Source of the DNA: an uncultured Methanomicrobiaceae archaeon
GTDB taxonomy: Archaea > Halobacteriota > Methanomicrobia > Methanomicrobiales > Methanoculleaceae
Assembly (NCBI GenBank): GCA_963826525.1
Contig: CAWGXH010000003.1
Coordinates: 320,001 to 384,000, forward strand
DNA length: 64,000 bases
Direction: 5' to 3'
Positions within the stretch are counted from its first letter, which is position 1; every line of letters starts with the position of its first letter. Of this stretch, positions 56,400-64,000 are shown piece by piece. Under the pieces are notes generated by a model. The model saw only the letters and a program-made list of their open reading frames with translations. It had not been told where the DNA came from and ran no database searches. The translations under genes were made by a program, and so were the position numbers.

Positions 56400-57301
56400 A
56401 ACGGACTACCGGGGCGGGAGACCGACGGGGAGCAGGCACCGGCTCGGGCAGGATGTGGTTCTGCGGATGAGGTTTTTCCCCCCGTATCCGCCGCCGGGTT
56501 GGGCAACGCTTATAGTTCGGATTTCCGGCCGGATCTGCTGGAATAAACACCTTCACAGAAGCCCATAGACGGCCGATCTCGAAGCATGGCAGGGTATCCA
56601 TCCTCCGGAAATTACTGCCGCTCATATGGTCGTTATATCTCGAATATTCTCATCTCTTTTCGGTATCAGGCGGGAAATAATGGGTTTTCGGAACGCTGCC
56701 CCCGCATCCCCGGAAAACAGGGGAAAATACGCGATATCCGGGCTTATTTTGGAGTGAGAATGGGGCACCGGAGGCGTGAAGAGTCGGCAGAGGTGATCGT
56801 CCCGCTGGTTGCTGCAGTTGCTCATCCGGGATACGTTTCGTGCGCCGGAACACCGCCGGGTGCACCTCGAGCGCTCCGGGAGTGAGTCTGCCCGGCACCT
56901 CGAAGGAACCCCGACCCTTCCGGCAATCGCGCGTTGCAGCGGTCAGGCGCTCCTGAATCTCGCGGCGATCGCGCTGCTCACCATCCTGAAGCGGCGGCAG
57001 CGTGATGGAACTCCTAGGCCAGAGTGCCGCCGGAGGGTGTCGCGATCGCCGTGCCGTCGCACCACCGGTGTGCCGGAGCGCCTCTTTGGCAGCAGGGCTT
57101 CGAGACAGCCCAGCATTTCCCGGCATCTCCGGGTGAATACGCGCTCCATTGCCTACATTTAAATATCCCCCGCACGAAACGCTATTGTCATAATAAATCA
57201 TGTAAAATTCCCGGATCGGGGCAGTGACTCTGTGCCGGTTCCGGAACATTCTCCATGCCTCCAGATCAAACAGAGATGAACAGTATGTATCGGGTGATAT
57301 C

Positions 57302-57829
57302 GTGATTCCGTTTCTGCTCACCGCCGTCTTCGCATTTATTATCTATCTGCTCCTGACGGCAGGGAGCGGCAGCCTGGGTGTCTGGTCGCCGGCAGAACTC
57401 GTGATGGGTGCTTTTATCGCCCTGATCGTTGCCGCGATCTCGAGGAACTTCTTCTGCAAAAACCACGACTTCCGGATGGCAAACCCCCTCCGGTGGGTCA
57501 TTCTTGCGGTCTATGCAGTCGTGCCGTTCTTTCTTGAGATGGCAAAGGCGAACGTCGACGTCGCATACCGGGTTATCACCGGGAAGATCCGCCCCGGGAT
57601 CGTCAGGATTCAGCCGGGGCTAAAGACCGATCTCGGCGTCCTGCTGCTTGCGAATTCCATCACGCTGACGCCGGGCACGCTCACCGTCGGTATCGACGAG
57701 GAGACGAACGACCTCTTCGTCCACGTGATAAACATCAAACCGGGAACCGAAAAGAAGCCGACCCTCGACGCGAGGGAGATCACGGCCTGGTTCGACTTCC
57801 CCGCATGGATCAGGAGAATTGCGGAATGA
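57302..57829 (+). CDS. mbhA: Mbh hydrogenase antiporter subunit (MnhE-like)
   Basis: AKANVDVA, PGIV and LANSITLTPGTLT motifs; GGTGA RBS. Confidence 0.9.
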   Translation: MIPFLLTAVFAFIIYLLLTAGSGSLGVWSPAELVMGAFIALIVAAISRNFFCKNHDFRMANPLRWVILAVYAVVPFFLEMAKANVDVAYRVITGKIRPGIVRIQPGLKTDLGVLLLANSITLTPGTLTVGIDEETNDLFVHVINIKPGTEKKPTLDAREITAWFDFPAWIRRIAE

Positions 57830-58083
57830 CGGACGCGATGCTCATCTCGGTTCTGGTGCTCGCCGCACTGATCGTCATCGCGATGGTCCGGCTCTTCATC
57901 GGCCCCACCGCCCCCGACCGGGTCGTCGCGCTCGATGCGGTCAACACGCTGACCATCGCCGCGATGATCCTGCTCGGCGTCGTCTACCAGCAGATCATCT
58001 TCATCGACGTCGCCATCGTCTACGCGCTCCTCTCGTTCGTCGGAACGCTCTACATCGCCAAATACCTCGGAGGTGAGATGTAA
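57826..58083 (+). CDS. mbhB: Mbh subunit (MnhF-like)
   Basis: GPTAPDRVVALD and DVAIVYALLSF motifs. Confidence 0.9.
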   Translation: MTDAMLISVLVLAALIVIAMVRLFIGPTAPDRVVALDAVNTLTIAAMILLGVVYQQIIFIDVAIVYALLSFVGTLYIAKYLGGEM

Positions 58084-58085
58084 CC

Positions 58086-58442
58086 ATGATCGTCGACACA
58101 ATCATCATAATCTGCCTCGCCATCGGCCTCTTCTTCAACATCCTCGGCGTCATCGGCATCCTGCGGTTCCCCGACGTCTACACGCGGCTGCACGCGGAGA
58201 CGAAGACCACGACCTTCGGCACGATCTTCATCGGCCTCGCCGTGGTGATCTACGCACTTGCCGCACTCGCAGAGACCGGCGACGGCCAGTACATCACCCT
58301 CTCCCTGCACACGATCATCGCCGTGATCGCGCTCGCGTTCACCAACGCCACCGGGGCGCATGCCATCGCCCGGGCAGCCTACCGGAGCGGCTACAAACCG
58401 GCGGCAGCGGTCGTCGACAGAATGGCGGAGGCGAAACAATGA
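58086..58442 (+). CDS. mbhC: Mbh subunit (MnhG-like)
   Basis: RFPDVYTRLHA.TK..T.G and AHAIARA motifs. Confidence 0.9.
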   Translation: MIVDTIIIICLAIGLFFNILGVIGILRFPDVYTRLHAETKTTTFGTIFIGLAVVIYALAALAETGDGQYITLSLHTIIAVIALAFTNATGAHAIARAAYRSGYKPAAAVVDRMAEAKQ

Positions 58443-58693
58443 TCGAGATTATTGCGCACGCGCTGGTGCTCGCGGGCCTCGTCATCGCCGCCGTGCTGGT
58501 CGTGTACTTCCGCGACCTGCTCTCCGCGGCGATCGCCTTCGGCGTCTTCAGTTTCCTGCTCTCCCTTGAGTTCTACATCCTGCAGGCGCCCGACGTCGCT
58601 ATCGCCGAGGCAGGCATCGGTGCGGGACTGACGACGGCGATCTACATCGTGGCCGTCAGGGGAACAAAGCGGATGGAGGAGGTGGAGGAATGA
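58439..58693 (+). CDS. mbhD: Mbh subunit (DUF4040)
   Basis: [13 protein letters not shown] motif. Confidence 0.88.
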   Translation: MIEIIAHALVLAGLVIAAVLVVYFRDLLSAAIAFGVFSFLLSLEFYILQAPDVAIAEAGIGAGLTTAIYIVAVRGTKRMEEVEE

Positions 58694-58974
58694 AGCAGTA
58701 CGTCAAGGGAGCGGTCCTGCTCGTCATGCTGGCAGCCTTCCTGGTGCCGGTGCTGACGCTCGAGTTCGGCAGCCCCGCCGCTACGGAGATGGACGACTAC
58801 TTCATCGGGCACGGTCAGGAGCAGACCGGCGGCAACAACATCGTCACGGACGTCCTGATGGACTACAGAGGGTTCGATACCCTCGGCGAAGCGACGGTGC
58901 TCTTAACGGCGGTGCTCGCCGTCGGCCTCGTCTTCCGGCGGCTCTTCGGAGGTGAAGAGCATGACTATGAGTAA
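58690..58974 (+). CDS. mbhE: Mbh subunit E
   Basis: [18 protein letters not shown] motif. Confidence 0.88.
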   Translation: MKQYVKGAVLLVMLAAFLVPVLTLEFGSPAATEMDDYFIGHGQEQTGGNNIVTDVLMDYRGFDTLGEATVLLTAVLAVGLVFRRLFGGEEHDYE

Positions 58975-59425
58975 GATCGTCAGAACGGCTGCCGACATCC
59001 TCTTCGTCTTCATCCTCGCCTTCGGGTTCTACGTCGTGGCGCACGGCCACCTGACCCCCGGCGGAGGATTCCAGGGCGGTGCGGTGCTCGCCACAGGGTT
59101 CGTCCTCGTCATCGCGGCCTACGGCTACCGTGCGATCGCCGCCCGGTTTTCCAAAGATTCGCTCAGAAACAGCGAGACGCTCGGCCTGCTCATCTTCATC
59201 GGCACGGCATTCGTCGCCCTGCTCTTCGGCGCGACGTTCTTCTACAACTGGCTCGCCGGCGCGGGATCGATCTTCGGGACGGCCGTAGCATTCGGCCCGA
59301 ACCCCGGCGACCTGAACACCGCCGGCGTCATCCCGATCATGAATATCGCCGTCGGCATCGAGGTCTTCGGAGGGCTCAGCCTGATCGTCCTCTACATGCT
59401 GTCGGGCACAGAGGAGGGAGCATAA
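58961..59425 (+). CDS. mbhF: Mbh subunit (MnhB-like)
   Basis: [12 protein letters not shown] motif. Confidence 0.9.
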   Translation: MTMSKIVRTAADILFVFILAFGFYVVAHGHLTPGGGFQGGAVLATGFVLVIAAYGYRAIAARFSKDSLRNSETLGLLIFIGTAFVALLFGATFFYNWLAGAGSIFGTAVAFGPNPGDLNTAGVIPIMNIAVGIEVFGGLSLIVLYMLSGTEEGA

Positions 59426-59770
59426 ATGTACTACAATCTACCGTTCATCATTGCAGCAGTCATCGCGGTCATCGGCATCGCGGCGATGCTCTTCCGGCGA
59501 AACCTCGTCAAGGTGATCATGGGCCTCTCGCTCGTTGAGTCCGGCATCAACCTCTTCCTGGTGGCGCTCGGCTACCGGACGGACGCGATCGCCCCGATCT
59601 TCACGAACGCCCCCTCCACCGACATGGTGCTGCCGACGGTGCAGGCGATGACCCTGACGAACATCGTCATCGGTATCGCGACCACGGCGATGCTGCTCTC
59701 GTTCACGATGATCATCTACAAGAAGTACGGCTCGCTGAACACCGACACCGTGAGGAAGCTGAGAGGATGA
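59426..59770 (+). CDS. mbhG: Mbh subunit (MnhC-like)
   Basis: NLVKVIMG and QAMTLTNIVIG motifs. Confidence 0.9.
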   Translation: MYYNLPFIIAAVIAVIGIAAMLFRRNLVKVIMGLSLVESGINLFLVALGYRTDAIAPIFTNAPSTDMVLPTVQAMTLTNIVIGIATTAMLLSFTMIIYKKYGSLNTDTVRKLRG

Positions 59771-61341
59771 CCGGCGACTTCATACTCGATAACGCCCCGG
59801 CACTCCTCCTTGCGGTGCCGCTGCTCGCCGCCTTCGCGACCCCGCTCATCGGGCGCTACAGCAACGTCGCCCGGAACGTCTGGGTGATCGCGGCGATGAC
59901 CCTGACGTCCGTCATCGGTTTCATCCTCGCCTACGACGTCTTCACGGCAGGAACCGTGATCTATACCTTCGGTGTCCTCGACCCTGCGAGTGCCATCCCC
60001 CTCGACTCCGGCGGTATCCCGATACGGATCGTCTTCACCGTCGACGCCATGAGCGCCTTCATGGTGATCATCGCCGCCATCTCCGGGTTCGCGGTCATGC
60101 TCTACACCATGGCGAGCGAGTCGAAATCGAGCGGGAAAGACGGGTTCTACGCGCTCTTCCTGCTCCTGATCGTCGGCATCATGGGCATGGTCTGCACCGG
60201 CGATATCTTCAACTTCTTCGTCTTCCTCGAGATCAACTCCCTCGCGGGCGCCGCGCTCGTCGCCTACCGCATCGATAAAGGCGTCGCCGTCGAGGCGGGG
60301 CTGAAGTACGCGATGATCAGCACGATCGGCGGACTCTTCGTCCTCTTCTCGATCGCGCTCCTCTACGGGCAGTACGACGCCCTGAACATCGCCATGCTCG
60401 CGAGCAGCATCCAGTATACGGCGCTCGACAAGATCGCGCTCGTCCTCCTGCTCGCCGCCCTTGCCATGAAGGCCGGTGCGGTGCCGATGCACTTCTGGAC
60501 GCCCGACGCCTACTCGATGGCGCCCGGGTCGATCACCGCGCTCCTGGTGGTGGCGAGCCAGGCCTGCCTCTACGGTGTCTTCCGGGTCGTCTTCACCCTC
60601 TACAACGTCGTCCTCGACTACGTCACGATCGGGTGGATCATCATCATCCTCGGTGTCCTCTCCATGTTCATCGGCGTCACGATGGCGCTCGTCCAGAAGG
60701 ACGTGAAAAGGCTGATGGCCTACCACGCCGTCTCGCAGACCGGCTACATGCTCCTCGGCCTCGGGGTCGGCCTTGCCGTCCTCGGCCAGCAGACGGCGCT
60801 CGACACCTACGGAATCGTCGCGATGGAGGGCGGGATCTTCCACATCATCAACCACGCGATGTATAAGGGTCTCCTCTTCCTGACGGCAGGGGCCATCATT
60901 TATCGTACCGGAACACGAAGTTTAAACAAACTTGGTGGTCTCGGCCACTCGATGAAATGGACAATGATCTTTTTCATAATCGGCGCTCTCGCGATCGCCG
61001 GAATACCGCCGTTCAGCGGATTTGCGTCTAAAATCCTGATATACGAATCGGTATTCCTCTTCAACCCCGTGCTCTCGATCATAGCGATGGTGGTCAGTAT
61101 CCTGACGCTCGCGTCCTTCGTGAAGGTCTTCCACTCGATCTTCATGGGACCCGAGCTCCCTGAGTTTTCCGGCGTGAAGGAAGCGCCCCTCCCGATGCTC
61201 GTCGGCATGGGCATCCTCGCCGCCATCACGATCGCGTTCGGCATCGCACCGGAGCTCGTGGTCGATACCATCGTCACGCCGGCCGCGCACGCACTCGTCG
61301 ACCAGGGCGGGTACATCGCCTCGGTGCTCGGAGGTGTCTGA
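59767..61341 (+). CDS. mbhH: Mbh ion-translocating subunit (MnhD/NuoN-like)
   Basis: GDIFNFFVFLE, KAGAVPMHFW.PDAY, KRLMAY, NHAMYKGLLF and GIPPFSGF.SK motifs. Confidence 0.92.
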   Translation: MTGDFILDNAPALLLAVPLLAAFATPLIGRYSNVARNVWVIAAMTLTSVIGFILAYDVFTAGTVIYTFGVLDPASAIPLDSGGIPIRIVFTVDAMSAFMVIIAAISGFAVMLYTMASESKSSGKDGFYALFLLLIVGIMGMVCTGDIFNFFVFLEINSLAGAALVAYRIDKGVAVEAGLKYAMISTIGGLFVLFSIALLYGQYDALNIAMLASSIQYTALDKIALVLLLAALAMKAGAVPMHFWTPDAYSMAPGSITALLVVASQACLYGVFRVVFTLYNVVLDYVTIGWIIIILGVLSMFIGVTMALVQKDVKRLMAYHAVSQTGYMLLGLGVGLAVLGQQTALDTYGIVAMEGGIFHIINHAMYKGLLFLTAGAIIYRTGTRSLNKLGGLGHSMKWTMIFFIIGALAIAGIPPFSGFASKILIYESVFLFNPVLSIIAMVVSILTLASFVKVFHSIFMGPELPEFSGVKEAPLPMLVGMGILAAITIAFGIAPELVVDTIVTPAAHALVDQGGYIASVLGGV

Positions 61342-61343
61342 TC

Positions 61344-61691
61344 ATGGATATAGGAGCAACACTCACGACCGGGTACGGGTTCTGGAACCCGCTCATCTGG
61401 CTCGGCGTCCTCGCGGTCGCACTCGTCATCGCCTATCTCATCTGGGCATACGGCGAGAGCAGCTACAAACCCGGCACCGAGCAGACCAAACCCTACCTCT
61501 CCGGAAACCCGGAACCTGCAGCCAAGCGCGACGTCCACCTCGGCGGCGGGCACCTCTACTGGGGGTTCACCGAAGCACTCAGCGGCTACTACGACCGTAT
61601 CGTCCCGCTTCACACCGGCGTGCTGACCGACTACCTCCTGTGGTTCTTCGGAATTGCAGCGGCTCTCATTATCATCGTAGGTCTGATCTGA
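61344..61691 (+). CDS. mbhI: Mbh subunit I
   Basis: PYLSGN and HTGVLTDY motifs; operon position. Confidence 0.8.
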   Translation: MDIGATLTTGYGFWNPLIWLGVLAVALVIAYLIWAYGESSYKPGTEQTKPYLSGNPEPAAKRDVHLGGGHLYWGFTEALSGYYDRIVPLHTGVLTDYLLWFFGIAAALIIIVGLI

Positions 61692-62125
61692 TGAAACTCA
61701 CAAAATCATTCAACCGCTCGCTCTGGGCGTTCCACTTCAACTCGGGCTCCTGCAACGGCTGCGAGATCGAGATCGTCGCGGCCATCACCCCGCGTTACGA
61801 CCCGGAGCGGTTCGGGATCAAACTCGTCGGCAGCCCGCGGCACGCCGACGTTCTCCTCGTAACCGGCCCGGTCGTCAAAAAGATGCGCGACCGGCTGGAG
61901 CGGGTCTACCAGCAGATGGCCGACCCGAAGGTCGTGATGTGCATCGGCGTCTGCGGTTCGTCGGGCGGTCCGTTCTACGACTCCTACAACCTCGACGGGC
62001 CCGTCGACGACGTCATCCCGGTCGACGTCTACGTGCCGGGGTGCCCGCCCCGGCCGGAAGCGATCATCTACGGCGTCGTCAAGGCACAGGAGAAACTCGA
62101 ACGGCTGGAGGGTGAGAAGGCATGA
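61691..62125 (+). CDS. mbhJ: Mbh small Fe-S subunit (NuoB-like)
   Basis: GSCNGCEIE, SPRHAD and PGCPPRP motifs. Confidence 0.92.
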   Translation: MKLTKSFNRSLWAFHFNSGSCNGCEIEIVAAITPRYDPERFGIKLVGSPRHADVLLVTGPVVKKMRDRLERVYQQMADPKVVMCIGVCGSSGGPFYDSYNLDGPVDDVIPVDVYVPGCPPRPEAIIYGVVKAQEKLERLEGEKA

Positions 62126-62793
62126 AGACAACCCCTGACAGGATACTGAGCCCCGACGAGGTCGTCGCGGTCTTCTCCCGGAAGTTTGGAAGCGGCGTCC
62201 GGGAGAGCCGGGTCACCGAGCGGCGCGAAGGTTCGGCGAAGAACCCGAGCTACGACATCTGGCTCGACCTCGACCGCGACCTGCTCCACGCCGCGGTCGA
62301 AGAACTGATGCTGCTCCACTTCCCGCACCTTGCCGTCATCTCCGGCACCGATATCGGGGACGTGATCGAGATGAACTACCACTTCTCGATCTACTACGGG
62401 ACGAAGCACGGCGAGTATATGGTCACCCTGACCGTCGCCCTGCCGAAGGACGACCTCCGGGTGCCGACGATCGCCGATCTCATCCCCGGTGCCGTCTTCT
62501 CCGAGCGCGAAAAGCAGGAGATGCTCGGCGTCGAGGTCGTCGGCATCCCGGACGGCCGCCGGCTCTTCCTCCCCGAAGAGTTCCCCGAGGGTGTCTACCC
62601 CTGGCGAAAGGACGAGACCGGCATCCGGAACGAGATGGTCAAGGACCTCTGGGCGGTCGGCCGTCCGGCGAACCGTCCTGCACGCCCGGAGATACCGCCG
62701 GAGGAGCAGGGCGAAGTGCAGGCCGCGGAAGTTGCGGAAGCGAAAGTAACGGCGAGAGAGCCGGCACCGTCGGAGGAGGAGCGACATGAGTGA
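62122..62793 (+). CDS. mbhK: Mbh subunit K (NuoC-like)
   Basis: EREKQEMLGV...G.PD.RRLFLP...YPWRKD. Confidence 0.9.
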   Translation: MKTTPDRILSPDEVVAVFSRKFGSGVRESRVTERREGSAKNPSYDIWLDLDRDLLHAAVEELMLLHFPHLAVISGTDIGDVIEMNYHFSIYYGTKHGEYMVTLTVALPKDDLRVPTIADLIPGAVFSEREKQEMLGVEVVGIPDGRRLFLPEEFPEGVYPWRKDETGIRNEMVKDLWAVGRPANRPARPEIPPEEQGEVQAAEVAEAKVTAREPAPSEEERHE

Positions 62794-64000
62794 CGACGCG
62801 AAGAAGAAGATGACCCCCTATACCATTCCGATAGGCCCGACCCATCCGGCACTGAAAGAGCCGGTGATGTTCACCTTCGAGATGAGCGGCGAGAAGATCC
62901 TCAAAGCGGACTTCGCGCCCGGCCAGACGCACCGCGGGATCGAGTGGATGGGCATGCGCAGAAACCCCATCCAGATCGTGCACCTGACGGACCGCATCTG
63001 CGGTATCTGCGGTGTCTCGCACTCCCTGGCGTTCGCCCGGGCGGTGGAGCAGATCATGGAGATCGAGGTGCCGGAACGGGCGGACTACATCCGCGCCATC
63101 ATCGCCGAGTTCGAGCGTATCCAGTCGCACCTGCTCTGGGCGGGCGTCGCCGCCCACGAGCTCGGGTACGATACGCTCCTCCACCTCACCTGGCGGGTCC
63201 GCGAGCGCGCGATGGACACCATCGAGCTTTTGACCGGCAACCGGGTCAACTACGGCATCGTCCAGATCGGCGGCGTGCGGCGGGACTTCACGCCCGACCA
63301 GTACCCCGCGATCGAGGAGTGCCTCCAGTACTACACCGATCTGAAAGGCCAGCTGCTGCGGATCTTCCTCGAGGATAAGACGATCCAGATGCGCTGCCGT
63401 GACTGCGGCGTCCTCACTTACGAGGATGCGCTGAAACTCTGCACCGTCGGCCCCACCGCCCGTGCATCGGGCGTCAACATGGACGTCCGGGTCGACTACC
63501 CCTTCGCGGCTTACGGCGACCTTGCGATCGAGCCGATACTCCCCGACGCCCTCATGGGGGAGACACGCGGCGATGTCTTCGACCGGATCGTCGTCCGCCT
63601 CCTCGAGGTGGAGCAGTCGATCGATATCATCCGGCAGTGCCTCGACCGGATGCCGGCAGGCGAGATCGTCTGGGAGGCGAAGCTCGCGAAGATCTTAAAC
63701 CAGTTCAAGAAGGCGCACGGCGAGGCTATCGGCAGGCACGAGGCCCCCCGCGGGGAGGTTTTCCACTACGTCCGCATGGACGGCAAGGAGCACCCGACCG
63801 CCTGGAAGGTGAAGGCTTCGTCCTACAGCAACCTGATGAGCTGGATCCCGATGCTCGAGGGCGAGCAGATCGCGGATATCCCGATCATCGTCGCTTCGGT
63901 CGACCCCTGCCTCTCCTGCACCGACCGGGTGGCGTTCGTCCGGAACAGTGAGCGGGGTGTCATGACCAAGGAGGACCTCCACCGTCTCTCGGTCGAGAAG
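62786..64000 (+). CDS. mbhL: Group 4 [NiFe]-hydrogenase large subunit (runs off window)
   Basis: Manual translation: GPTHPALKEP, RICGIC, EAPRGE, DPCLSCTDR followed by a C-terminal extension. Confidence 0.92.
   Translation, partial: MSDDAKKKMTPYTIPIGPTHPALKEPVMFTFEMSGEKILKADFAPGQTHRGIEWMGMRRNPIQIVHLTDRICGICGVSHSLAFARAVEQIMEIEVPERADYIRAIIAEFERIQSHLLWAGVAAHELGYDTLLHLTWRVRERAMDTIELLTGNRVNYGIVQIGGVRRDFTPDQYPAIEECLQYYTDLKGQLLRIFLEDKTIQMRCRDCGVLTYEDALKLCTVGPTARASGVNMDVRVDYPFAAYGDLAIEPILPDALMGETRGDVFDRIVVRLLEVEQSIDIIRQCLDRMPAGEIVWEAKLAKILNQFKKAHGEAIGRHEAPRGEVFHYVRMDGKEHPTAWKVKASSYSNLMSWIPMLEGEQIADIPIIVASVDPCLSCTDRVAFVRNSERGVMTKEDLHRLSVEK

Noticed and set aside
56830-56910. Resemblance to IscB omega/HEARO RNA (TACGTT...ACACC...GGGTGC...CTCGAG)
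   Set aside because: The pairing partner of the central stem is missing, there is no GTCAA 5' end, and no PLMP-type iscB ORF follows
56400-57300. SRP RNA or RNase P RNA
   Set aside because: Neither the SRP helix-8 motif nor the RNase P GAGGAA(A/G)..CC core was seen on either strand

Overview
GC-rich archaeal chromosome segment, most like a Methanomicrobiales methanogen (Methanoculleus-like). The assignment rests on tfe, aTrm56, archaeal alaS, the DUF39-CBS/NIL-ferredoxin homocysteine genes, PEGA surface proteins and an Mbh-type hydrogenase operon. About 20 genes, including housekeeping genes such as thiC, hisH and alaS, are split by single-base indels, so this is probably an unpolished long-read assembly and frameshifts alone are not evidence of pseudogenes. 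Most of the window is core metabolism. The main accessory feature is a ~5.5 kb island (42390-47845). It holds a polymorphic-toxin gene (PEGA, Ca-binding repeats, pre-toxin region, putative RNase tip), SUKH/SMI1-KNR4 and other immunity-like genes, and orphan toxin fragments. The island is bracketed by the two ends of an internally deleted IS1634 element with a near-perfect 6-bp flanking duplication. Other items of note: an acyl-CoA synthetase fused to a ribbon-helix-helix domain with an inverted repeat around its own promoter; a CARF-PIN-HAD operon with no cas genes; a ParA carrying an internal MinD-like helix, next to a six-PAS soluble chemoreceptor; and a palindrome over the cdc48 promoter. 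All family assignments come from motif recognition by eye, with no database searches run.
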